From Minisyncoccota bacterium (GTDB lineage: Bacteria > Patescibacteriota > Minisyncoccia > Phycocordibacterales > PALSA-1337), in assembly GCA_041663145.1 (NCBI GenBank), contig JBAZRG010000001.1, positions 74,467-138,466 on the forward strand: DNA of 64,000 bases, in the 5' to 3' direction. Shown one piece after another: positions 28,447 through 37,465 of the stretch (position 1 is the first letter of the stretch; every line of letters begins with the position of its first letter). Position numbers and translations under genes: made by a program. The notes under the pieces are model-generated. The model saw only the letters and a list, made by a program, of their open reading frames with translations, searched no databases and was not told the origin of the DNA.

Positions 28447-29082
28447 TCAGAATAAATTTCTGGCATTTTTTCTTAATTCCTCAAATTTTTCTTTATCAAG
28501 AAAGCCTATTTTTTCGACATGACGTCGAGTATCGATTGATCGTATTTGAGAAAGAAGAGCTGACGCATGCTTTGTGTCGACTAGTCCAACAGGTATACGT
28601 AGATGATGTTTGTTGGGAGATGATGTTAGGGGGATAACCATGCATATTCTTGGTCCAAATTCTCGAATGATTACACATGGACGTAGAAATTCTTCACCAC
28701 TTCCGTCTTGTTCAAAACCAATATTGACTCCTAATCTACACCACCATATCTCTCTTGTTGTATATAGACGCTTCTCTTCAAGTTCTGCTTTTTTCTTTTT
28801 TGAATTCCATTTATCAAAATCTTTAGAATCAAGGTCTTTGTCAATCAAAGAAAATCTTATCCCATATTCTACTTCATATTCCAGATCTTTAATATGATTT
28901 TCAGCTTTATCTATTGCCAATCTTATAAAGTTAAAATCGCCGAGATGTTGTATATCCAAATCACTTTCATAATCTTTCTCAGAAACCCTAAATTTATCTA
29001 AGGAAATTTCTTCGATTTTTATATAATTGTTTGCACTCATAATAATTTGGGATAATTTTATTCTTAATTTTAGAAATAGCAA
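28447..29082 (-). CDS. MazF/PemK-family toxin fused to an acidic N-terminal extension of about 100 aa
   Basis: C-terminal 'REIWWCRLGVNIGFEQDGSGEEFLRPCVIIREFG...ICMVIPLTSS...HLRIPVG' matches the MazF/Kid pattern. The N-terminal 100 aa are D/E-rich. No separate antitoxin ORF is adjacent. Confidence 0.65.
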   Translation of the reverse strand: MLFLKLRIKLSQIIMSANNYIKIEEISLDKFRVSEKDYESDLDIQHLGDFNFIRLAIDKAENHIKDLEYEVEYGIRFSLIDKDLDSKDFDKWNSKKKKAELEEKRLYTTREIWWCRLGVNIGFEQDGSGEEFLRPCVIIREFGPRICMVIPLTSSPNKHHLRIPVGLVDTKHASALLSQIRSIDTRRHVEKIGFLDKEKFEELRKNARNLF

Positions 29083-29120
29083 GACAGACTTATATTTACC
29101 ATTTCCAAATAAATATAATT

Positions 29121-29438
29121 TTGTTAGAATACAAAATCATGACAAAAAACCCTTACCTCAACGCACTCATTGCTTCGCTTTACATCGTCTTTGTCGTACT
29201 CCTTATAACTTACGGTCCCATGTTTGTCAGAGAAAAACCGGATACAATTCTCGCTCCTATGGCGATGCTTAGCTTATTAGTTCTATCGGTTGCTTTTATG
29301 GGTTACACTTTCATCTTTCGACCGGCACTCATGTATATGGATGGACAAAAAAGTGAGGCGATAGGGCTTTTCACTAGGACATTACTTACGTTTTCTATTA
29401 TAACCGCTGTGATAGTTATTGTTGCCTTTTCCGTCTAG
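29121..29438 (+). CDS. Small membrane protein (3 predicted TM helices)
   Basis: Hydrophobic segments 'LIASLYIVFVVLLITY', 'LAPMAMLSLLVLSVAFMGY' and 'LTFSIITAVIVIVAF'. Confidence 0.45.
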   Translation: MLEYKIMTKNPYLNALIASLYIVFVVLLITYGPMFVREKPDTILAPMAMLSLLVLSVAFMGYTFIFRPALMYMDGQKSEAIGLFTRTLLTFSIITAVIVIVAFSV

Positions 29439-30355
29439 TCGAATATATTCACGAGATACTCATCAATCTTGCGTTGATCGAGATCGTAAAAAGTCTTATC
29501 TTGATTTCGAATGTCGGTTGCTAGTTTGACACCGACGAATCGCCAATGCCACGGTTCGTAGACATAGTAGCCGTTGTTTTTTGGATATGACAGGACGAAA
29601 CCATACTTATAGGCATTCCTTTGCATCCATTCGAAAGCCGGAGTGCTTTCGAAGCCGTCAATATTACCACCCAGACCGGAAGTGATCATGTCTAGAGTTG
29701 TGCCGAGTTGATGTTCGGAGTAACCCTGATCGGCTGAAAATGAATTGGCGGTGCCAGCTCCATAGGTTAGGGAGTAATTGCCTTTTAGAGCTTTTTGCTC
29801 GGCGAATGACCTATAAGCGGAAGAAACATAGAGATTGATTTTGGAAGAAGAGGCGTTCTTTAGCATGTCTATCAAATGAGGCAGAATATCGGAGTGGATG
29901 AGCATCTGCTTGCTTTCACTGTATTGATAGGTGAGCGGTATCTCCGAGAGGCGTGCTGGCACGTAATTTTCATTTAGGAAATAAGCTTTGGAATATTTTT
30001 TAAGAAGTTCCGGATCAGTTTGAGCTAGCTTCTGAAGATTGGTGAGTGTGCCTGATAGTGTGCCATATTGATTTTGGACACCGCCGAGCTGTTCCGTGAT
30101 AGCACCGACTTTTTTCTGTTCTATCGATAAGGCATTGAAAAGTGAATTGTTCGTGTCTTTTATCGAAGCTTGTAAAACTTCAGTCGTAGATGATAAAGCT
30201 GTGGAAAGAGTCAAAATATTTGCATTCAAATCCGAAACTTTGAGAGAAAGCGAATTCATCCGAAAATGAGAATATATTAGTGTAAAGACTAGGACTATAG
30301 AGACAGAAGCGAATAAGAAAGTATTTGATTTTGGTGTGAAATTTAATGGTGTCAT
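29435..30355 (-). CDS. D-alanyl-D-alanine carboxypeptidase, peptidase M15 (VanY-like)
   Basis: 'SAYRS...EQ', 'SEHQLGTTLD' and 'EPWHWR' zinc-ligand motifs. N-terminal TM. Confidence 0.7.
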   Translation of the reverse strand: MTPLNFTPKSNTFLFASVSIVLVFTLIYSHFRMNSLSLKVSDLNANILTLSTALSSTTEVLQASIKDTNNSLFNALSIEQKKVGAITEQLGGVQNQYGTLSGTLTNLQKLAQTDPELLKKYSKAYFLNENYVPARLSEIPLTYQYSESKQMLIHSDILPHLIDMLKNASSSKINLYVSSAYRSFAEQKALKGNYSLTYGAGTANSFSADQGYSEHQLGTTLDMITSGLGGNIDGFESTPAFEWMQRNAYKYGFVLSYPKNNGYYVYEPWHWRFVGVKLATDIRNQDKTFYDLDQRKIDEYLVNIFD

Positions 30356-30431
30356 GGTTATAATCTATACGATTATCACTTTACACACAAATCATGAGAT
30401 GTGAGTAATTTTCTTAGAACATTTGTAATGT

Positions 30432-30935
30432 CTATATAGTGCTTGCGAAAGTTCCGACAATGAGACCGAGAATGATAGCGATGCCACCAATCACAACGAC
30501 GCGGATTCCATTCAATAAAAGATTTCCTTTGGAGATCTTTGCTCCGACCAGACCGAGAACAAAAAGGGCGATTGTCGAGAATAGTATGGAATAGTATAGA
30601 GCTTGGCCAACTGGCAAAAATAGATATGAAGAAAGAGGAATGAACCCGGAGATAAAATACGAAATGAACATGACTAATCCCGAAAAGATGTTTTTGAGAG
30701 TCACTTTTTCTTTACCGGTCGTAAATTCGTCCGCTGAAGATTCGGCGATAAATGAACCGGCACCCATTGAGAATGCTTCAACGAAGATAAGGACTATGCC
30801 AGTAAGGAAGATGTCCTCTTTTGACATTCCAGCGACGGCAATTCCAGACAAGAGACCGACTGTCGATACCAGACTGTCTTCTACGCCGAAAATGAAATTC
30901 CTAAAATACGAAACCGGATATTTGTGTTTGAACAT
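30432..30935 (-). CDS. VIT1/CCC1-family membrane protein
   Basis: 'FGVEDSLVSTVGLLSGIAVAG' VIT signature and multiple TM helices. Confidence 0.6.
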   Translation of the reverse strand: MFKHKYPVSYFRNFIFGVEDSLVSTVGLLSGIAVAGMSKEDIFLTGIVLIFVEAFSMGAGSFIAESSADEFTTGKEKVTLKNIFSGLVMFISYFISGFIPLSSYLFLPVGQALYYSILFSTIALFVLGLVGAKISKGNLLLNGIRVVVIGGIAIILGLIVGTFASTI

Positions 30936-30983
30936 GTCTATAGTTTAACACACTCCATAACGATATCGATTTAGGGTGTCTAT

Positions 30984-31379
30984 CTATTCAGTTGTTTTTC
31001 CTTCGAATTTGTCTGTTGTATCAGCTTCACCCAGAACTTTGGTCTTATGAACAACTCCGTCACGATGATGGGGTGGCATGTAGAGAGTATAGAGCTTCAT
31101 TGGCTCGGATCCAGTATTTACAATATTATGCTTTGTTCCGAGTGGCACGATAACGACACTACCATTTTCAAGAGGGTGAGAAATGCCATTTACGATTGCC
31201 TTGCCAGTACCTTTTTCGATTCGAAAGAACTGATCGACAGTGTGAGTCTCCTCGCCGATGTCTTCGTTTGGGAGAAGAGACATCAAAACAAGCTGACTAT
31301 TCTTCGCAGTATAAAGAACCTTTCTGAAGTTATCATTTTCTAGAGTGAGTTTTTCTATATTAGTGGTATATCCTTTCAT
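30984..31379 (-). CDS. Cupin-domain protein
   Basis: Two cupin motifs: 'HTVDQFFRIEKGTGKAIVNG' and 'PLGTKHNIVNTGSEP'. Confidence 0.6.
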   Translation of the reverse strand: MKGYTTNIEKLTLENDNFRKVLYTAKNSQLVLMSLLPNEDIGEETHTVDQFFRIEKGTGKAIVNGISHPLENGSVVIVPLGTKHNIVNTGSEPMKLYTLYMPPHHRDGVVHKTKVLGEADTTDKFEGKTTE

Positions 31380-31430
31380 GGGTGTATTATCTCATATTTC
31401 AATCGAGTATTCAAATATAAAAAGACCACC

Positions 31431-31862
31431 TCAAAACCGAAATTCTGAGGTGGGTCGAAGCTCAATCAATACTTTGTGCGATTCTTCGAATATATCAGGA
31501 AGTCTGTTTGTCCCACCATTTTTTTCTAATTTTATAGTACCAGTCCGGTGCACCGAATTGTATATAGCGGTGAACTGAAACCTGTCATCAGACATAGGAT
31601 CAATGACATGTCCCTCTAATGACCAAAGCGATGTGAGGGAGGTTGGATGACGTTTGACCGAATCAATCACCGTTGCCACTCGCATGACGAGAGTTGCGGC
31701 AACGGTGGCTGATGCTTCGAAAATGCAAGCAGTCACAAACTCAGCTTTATTTCGCGAAATTTCCCGGACATTGCAATTGGGCCTAAATAGGGAAAACATG
31801 ATGTCTTTTTCGCCCGGGCCTCTTATGATTTCAAGCCTATCGGTCCCATCTTTTTTGAGTGC
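31431..31862 (-). CDS. Hypothetical protein
   Basis: ORF with likely start 'MALKKDG'. No motif recognised. Confidence 0.35.
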   Translation of the reverse strand, partial: ALKKDGTDRLEIIRGPGEKDIMFSLFRPNCNVREISRNKAEFVTACIFEASATVAATLVMRVATVIDSVKRHPTSLTSLWSLEGHVIDPMSDDRFQFTAIYNSVHRTGTIKLEKNGGTNRLPDIFEESHKVLIELRPTSEFRF

Positions 31863-32049
31863 CATACAACACCTTTCTGTATCGAACAAGGATTATTAGA
31901 TGAATCCCACACATCCATATTTCTCATCTTATGATGCAAGAAACGACTTAACCATACAGTTAAGGATCTGAGTATAAATTACCATGTGATTATTGTTGTG
32001 TCAAACATCCAGTTCCGTATTCAATCGTTGACCATGATGACATTCTTTC

Positions 32050-32523
32050 TCATGAGTTTAGTATCCAAATCATAAAGTTCAGATATCCAGCGAAGCTGAC
32101 CCAGAGTATGTAGGGAAGAAGTAGCCACATCGCAGGTTTTGATATTTTGTAGAAGAGAAACATCGTCCAGATGATCGTAAACCACATGAAAGCGATATCG
32201 ACAAATGCCCAGAGGGGGCTATGCAAACCAAAGAAAATGATTGACCATGCGGCATTGAGAACAAGTTGAAGTCCAAAGACAGCAAGAGCTTTTCGTACGT
32301 CTTTACGATCCAAACCTTTATTCCAGACTAGGAATGCTGCGATACCCATAAGGAGATAAAGTGTCGTCCAGACTGGACCGAATAACCAACTAGGTGGATT
32401 GAGAGCGGGTCTAGTGAGTGTGGCGTACCATGTAGGGATCGCAGAGATAGTAAAGACTGAACCGATGATGCCGGCAAGCTCTGAGACGATGATTGCAACT
32501 GCGAGTTTTATAGATTTATGCAT
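32050..32523 (-). CDS. tspO: TspO/MBR tryptophan-rich sensory protein
   Basis: 'WYATLTRPALNPPSWLFGPVWTTLYLLMG', five TM helices, Trp-rich. Confidence 0.8.
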   Translation of the reverse strand: MHKSIKLAVAIIVSELAGIIGSVFTISAIPTWYATLTRPALNPPSWLFGPVWTTLYLLMGIAAFLVWNKGLDRKDVRKALAVFGLQLVLNAAWSIIFFGLHSPLWAFVDIAFMWFTIIWTMFLFYKISKPAMWLLLPYILWVSFAGYLNFMIWILNS

Positions 32524-32643
32524 GTGTATATATTATCTCATATTTACATTACTTACTATGTATATAAAAAAGACCACTTCAGAACACTCGTCTTGAAGTG
32601 GTTGACTGTTGACTGTCCCGTAGATAGTCACGAAGTGATAAAG

Positions 32644-32862
32644 CTAGTCTTTGTTCGCTTGAACATGAGGCCTTGTGAGCATTACGATCGCTCTGATGGG
32701 GATGTAATTTCTGCCTATCTTGTCAATCTGGATGCAATCCAGACCGACGGAGATAATCGTCACTTTGATTTTGTCTCCGGACGATAAACTTAGGCAAACT
32801 TCTTTGTTAACGTTGCGTTCCAGAATTTCATGGAACGTTCTCGATGGATCCATTCGTATCAT
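32644..32862 (-). CDS. Small hypothetical protein (beta-rich, Sm/DUF2642-like pattern)
   Basis: 72-aa ORF with the pattern 'KVTIISVGLDCIQIDKIGRNYIPIRAIVML'. Confidence 0.35.
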   Translation of the reverse strand: MIRMDPSRTFHEILERNVNKEVCLSLSSGDKIKVTIISVGLDCIQIDKIGRNYIPIRAIVMLTRPHVQANKD

Positions 32863-32895
32863 TTAAACACCCTTCTTTGTGTTAGCAGTGCGTCG

Positions 32896-33300
32896 CTAGT
32901 CCTCCTCACGCGGTTCCGTGCGGCGCGGGAGATAGCGGAGGTTGCGACTGTTTCCTCCTTGTTCGCACCTGGTCGCCACACTACTAAAGATTTCGCGTGC
33001 AGTGAGGTCAGTGAGAGCTTCGTCGATCTGCTCATCAGTGACCTCAATTCGATCCTGATAGGCCACATCCCATCGGTCGGCACGATCCGGATTTGGACCG
33101 ATAAAGATAACTTCCTTCCCATTTGGTAATGTGATTACCTCATTTGGGTGTGGTAAGTGACTATTAACAGTAATGCAACTGGTTTGCACTGCGGTATGTA
33201 GCGTTCGTGCTGCATATCGACCGTCATCCATACATTCGAAGACAACGAGGGAAGTCTTGCCTTCACGTGGAATACGCTGCCCTACATCGTATTTGTTCAT
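32896..33300 (-). CDS. Hypothetical protein (GC-rich ORF)
   Basis: A 134-aa ORF in a locally GC-rich stretch with no motif. It may be foreign or may be spurious. Confidence 0.3.
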   Translation of the reverse strand: MNKYDVGQRIPREGKTSLVVFECMDDGRYAARTLHTAVQTSCITVNSHLPHPNEVITLPNGKEVIFIGPNPDRADRWDVAYQDRIEVTDEQIDEALTDLTAREIFSSVATRCEQGGNSRNLRYLPRRTEPREED

Positions 33301-33395
33301 AAAGTCCTTTGATTTTTAGTTGTGCAAGTTGACTATATGAAATCTTATCACAGTTAAAGTCAGATGTCAACTCTATCGTGGACAAGTTCAGAACC

Positions 33396-33995
33396 CTACT
33401 TTAGTAATGTAGGCTGGATTTTTTCAAAGTCAAAAAGCTCAGAGTTCCTTATTAGAATGGTTTTATTTGTTGTAAATGATATTCCCTTATTAGGATTGTC
33501 TTCAAAGCCTAAATATATGCAACTTACAGTCCTATCACGGATTTCCTTAATGGCAGGCTGTAAATCAGAATCAGAACTCGCCAATATAATTTCTTTTACC
33601 TTTTTATCGCAAGAATAACTGACCATATCCACCGCAATCTTCACGTCAACACCTTTTTCTTTGAATACCAGTACTTTTTTACCGTTAAAGCCATCTTCCA
33701 TCTGTCCTCTAACCCTACCGCTTAATATAACCTCGAATCCCTGAGCTTCGAGATGTGTTTTTAGTAAACGCTGTTCCTCAATTAGCTCTTGGGATTTGTC
33801 GTGGCTATCTTGGTGTGCCTTTATGCGGGCAAAATAAAATACTTTTCTATCTATATTTATATCTTTCAGGACTTTATCAAAAAGCCCTTTGAAGTTGTAT
33901 TCATTCCAGACGATTTTCTTTTTACGAGCGTCCTTGAAAACAGTTCGAATTTTGCCTTTGAAGTTTTCGCCGTCAATGAATAGCACTGTTTGCAT
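33396..33995 (-). CDS. NYN-domain (LabA-like) protein
   Basis: 'MQTVLFIDGENF' N-terminus and '...KGVDVKIAVDMV...ILASSDSDLQPAI', which is the NYN/PIN-like Asp constellation. The start is moved to the Met at 33995; the track ORF extends to 34133. Confidence 0.6.
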   Translation of the reverse strand: MQTVLFIDGENFKGKIRTVFKDARKKKIVWNEYNFKGLFDKVLKDINIDRKVFYFARIKAHQDSHDKSQELIEEQRLLKTHLEAQGFEVILSGRVRGQMEDGFNGKKVLVFKEKGVDVKIAVDMVSYSCDKKVKEIILASSDSDLQPAIKEIRDRTVSCIYLGFEDNPNKGISFTTNKTILIRNSELFDFEKIQPTLLK

Positions 33996-34339
33996 AATAA
34001 GGCCTATTTTAGCAGAAAATGGCTCAGCAACGCAAAACCCCAGCGGACCGTTAGGCTGGCTGGGGCGTGTATATAGACACTTTACTCTTTTTGACATTAA
34101 AGTCAATCGAGTAACTGTGGATACCTGAAGCACCCATTTGTAAGACGATTGCTTGAATGGTTTGCTGCACTTACTTGTTGAACTTACTGAGTTCTAGACT
34201 GAAGCTCGTAAATTCAATTCCTATCTCCAGTTACGAAATTAACCCATACTATGATCAGCACAAATCCGCCAAATGATGTATAGTAACGCAGCTAATGGCA
34301 AAATAGTCCAAAAAATGATTAAAAACATAAAACAAATTA

Positions 34340-34789
34340 ATGAGAGAATTCAATAAAAATTTCGGAGGAAGGCAGAATTTCGGTAAGAGGCCGGAGAATT
34401 TTAAAATGTTCACGACTACTTGTGCAGAATGCGGCAAGTCGTGTGAAGTGCCATTTAAGCCAAATGGATCGAGGCCGGTATATTGCAAGGAATGTTTCGG
34501 AAAACAAGGCGGATCACATAATGTATCTCATAGCCGAAATTCATTTAGGGACGCATCTACTCGTGATCCACAAGGTGGAAATGGCCCCTTGAATGATATA
34601 AAAACTGCACTTTCCATGATTAACATAAAATTGGATAAAGTGCTTTCTGCAATAGAAAGTGCAACTGACGAAATCGAAGAAGCAGATTCTGGTGAATTTC
34701 ATGCAGTTCCAGAAGAAGTGGTCAAAGAAGTTGTAACAGAGAAACCCTTAAAGCCAACAAAAAAGAAGTCTTCGAAAAAGAGGGATTGA
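34340..34789 (+). CDS. CxxC-x17-CxxC zinc-ribbon protein with an acidic/Lys-rich tail
   Basis: 'CAECGKSCEVPFKPNGSRPVYCKEC', a small zinc-ribbon family that is common in many bacteria. Confidence 0.55.
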   Translation: MREFNKNFGGRQNFGKRPENFKMFTTTCAECGKSCEVPFKPNGSRPVYCKECFGKQGGSHNVSHSRNSFRDASTRDPQGGNGPLNDIKTALSMINIKLDKVLSAIESATDEIEEADSGEFHAVPEEVVKEVVTEKPLKPTKKKSSKKRD

Positions 34790-35020
34790 TAACAAAAGGT
34801 TCAACAATATGTTTAGAGTCGTGCGTCTGGTTCCCTCTAGTGGACGAGTTCAGAACTGTGAATTGGAAGGAAATTGAAAGGGAATTGGTCTTTTTTTACA
34901 ATTATTCAATCGAGTATATAAAATGCCACTTCAGAACTTCCTGAAAAATCGAGATACAGATTAATTATCCTAAAAGAAAAAAAGCGCACATCATCGAAGA
35001 TGTACGCTCCGTGCACATAA

Positions 35021-35833
35021 TCACCTACGTACAGCGAGAAAGAGAGTGTTTGTTCCGCTGGGCAGCTCATGCGACGGCGTGTTCAGTCTTATTATCGGTC
35101 CGGACGAAACAATACCATCGGCTGCATTGGGGCCGAACTCACCTGAAAACTCGAAGAGTCTCCATTTAGGACCGTCCTTTGACGGCACCAAACCGAGGAA
35201 GTAGATGGAATTTCTGTTCACAACTGCTTCCTGCGTGGCAATGACGACATTCCAACTCAAAAAATGGTGATCTAAAACGTGACTTTGTTTTTTGAGCTGG
35301 CACAAATCCCAGATGCTTCCAGGTGTATAACCTGCTGACTTGAAGTTGCTTTCAACCTCTTGAAGCTGTACACCAGGATTGTTCCTCATGAGGAATGAAA
35401 GCTCAACGCGGCGCACCTCCTTGGGCCTTTCGGGGCGGTAGAAGGGCGTGAGAGTAATCCTTATTCCATCGTTCCAGACACCGGTCATTAGATAGGTGAA
35501 TGGATCTGAGTAATCGACGACTGCCTGCAGAACTGCTCCAGAGGGGTTAAACTCGCCAGCGGTCGTGTGAATCTGTTCAGTTCTGTCAACCCAATTTACC
35601 CACTTCTTCGAAAATACTGGTAAACCGAGATGTAGCCTCATTTGGTCGATTACTTCTGAGTCTTCGAGATCGAGGCTAGAAAATTTTACCGCATCCAGCA
35701 CCGAACTGAACAGCTTGTTCTCAATCAATCTTCTCTGAAGTTCATTACAATCTAGCTGCTTTTGCAGGATCAGGTTAAGCACCTGATTCCCTTGTGCTAG
35801 GGTTGTGTCTTTCACACAATTCCTTTCTTTCAA
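35021..35833 (-). CDS. Hypothetical protein
   Basis: A 270-aa ORF inside the repeat-bounded islet. No motif recognised. Confidence 0.4.
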   Translation of the reverse strand: MKERNCVKDTTLAQGNQVLNLILQKQLDCNELQRRLIENKLFSSVLDAVKFSSLDLEDSEVIDQMRLHLGLPVFSKKWVNWVDRTEQIHTTAGEFNPSGAVLQAVVDYSDPFTYLMTGVWNDGIRITLTPFYRPERPKEVRRVELSFLMRNNPGVQLQEVESNFKSAGYTPGSIWDLCQLKKQSHVLDHHFLSWNVVIATQEAVVNRNSIYFLGLVPSKDGPKWRLFEFSGEFGPNAADGIVSSGPIIRLNTPSHELPSGTNTLFLAVRR

Positions 35834-36005
35834 TTTTTAGGAACAGATGTCAGGGAAATCCCTGGTTCCAGAATTACAATACCATTTAAACAAAGATGGT
35901 GTCAATATTGTACAACCCGACATTGAAAATTAATTATGTTTAGAACATATATAAAAGAAAGAACCCGCCAGCGAACTGAGCGAGTCTCTCATGTTCGGGC
36001 GGGTG

Positions 36006-36416
36006 CTATTTGATTCTACGCAATGATTTGACAATGATCTTGGTGGCGTCTGCAATCGAGACGATTTCGACTGTTCCTGCTTTATTTATCTTGATTACCC
36101 ACTCACCGTTGAGTCGTTCGATTGTGAATGAGTATTCTGAGAGTGGTACAGATACAAGATTTACATCCAGTTCAATATCGTCCGAAACAAAGTCGATCGC
36201 TCTGCATTGTTTGCAGAGGAAGACATTGATTTCGATGATCGTCTCTTCTGGTCTGTTAGTGTAGTATCCTTGGCCGTACTTGGACCTTACAGACCAGATG
36301 AGTTCCCGGGCGTGAGATTTGGTCTTTAATGTTTGACCAAGGTACATGTTTAAATCCAGCAGGATAGCGAAAAGCTTGCCTGCTTCAGGGTGATGCACAA
36401 ATATCTTTGCTTTCAT
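36006..36416 (-). CDS. Hypothetical protein
   Basis: A 136-aa ORF inside the islet. Confidence 0.4.
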   Translation of the reverse strand: MKAKIFVHHPEAGKLFAILLDLNMYLGQTLKTKSHARELIWSVRSKYGQGYYTNRPEETIIEINVFLCKQCRAIDFVSDDIELDVNLVSVPLSEYSFTIERLNGEWVIKINKAGTVEIVSIADATKIIVKSLRRIK

Positions 36417-36605
36417 AGAACAGAACTGATAGTTGTTGTTTGTTTCATTTCAAAGACTGCTACACTGTAGCATGGCATACTACAATCGATTTGTCAAACT
36501 CACGAACGCACTGGCTAGAGGACGTTCGAACCTATTTTAAGGAGTCTCTGCCCATCTATTCTGTGTTGTTTCCTAATCCAAAATTAATTCTGTTATAATT
36601 GAATT

Positions 36606-37204
36606 ATGAAAAAGAAGATCATCAAAAAAGAAGTAGTTATCTATCAAGCAAAGAACGGAGCGATCGAGTTGCGGGGTGATTTTACACATGAGACCGTGTG
36701 GGCAAATCGTATGCAAATGGCACTGATGTTCGATGTAAATCCACAAGCAATTTCGAAGCATATTCAAAATATTTATAATGAGAAGGAATTAGAGAGAAAA
36801 GCAACTAGTTCCAAAATGGAACTAGTTCAAAAAGAGGCCGGAAGGCAAGTGCACCGAGATGTAGATATGTAGATATTTTTGGAATAGAAAGAAGTCAAGG
36901 ATCTATAGCTGGAATTGTTGGCAATGTAATGCAGTCTTTCGAAGGTAAAGATCTCTATGAAAGTGCTGAAGAAAAAGCTTCGCACTTGTTGTACTTCATG
37001 GTAAAAAATCATCCATTCACTGATGGAAATAAAAGGAGTGGTGCTTTCGCTTTTGTATGGTTCTTGAAACAAGCCAATATTTTGGATGTATCCAAGCTTA
37101 CACCTTCGGCACTTACCGCACTCACGATCCTCGTTGCAAGTAGTAACCCGAAAGATAAAGATAAGGTTGTGGCTTTGATTCTGAATTTGATTGCTAGAAA
37201 ATAA
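36606..37204 (+). pseudogene. rhuM: Fragmented rhuM-like virulence/Fic-Doc family gene (two ORF pieces)
   Basis: Piece 1 (36606..36872): 'VIYQAKNGAIELRGDFTHETVWANRMQMALMFDVNPQAISKHIQNIY' matches the RhuM N-terminal domain. Piece 2 (36929..37204): 'EKASHLLYFMVKNHPFTDGNKRSGAFAFVWFL' matches the Fic/Doc HPFx(D/E)GNKR motif. Normally these are one protein of about 330 aa; here the middle is missing and the frames differ. Confidence 0.6.
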
Positions 37205-37465
37205 CTGCTCTCGTTCGTGGACGTGTTCAGAACTGCCAACTGGCGCAAAATCAATTGTTATTTGTATATATTTTGTAATATATGCTAGTATTATCGTTAC
37301 AAATGAAAAAGACAGTCGTTAGACTAAATAATTGGCACCATAACCACGTTTTTAACGAAGGGGTTTATTGGCATGTCTCAAACTAACTACTAATCAGTAT
37401 TTCTAGAGACAAAAACACCCTTCAGAATTGTTGGGTGTTTTTGTTTTACTAACTAAATAACTATT

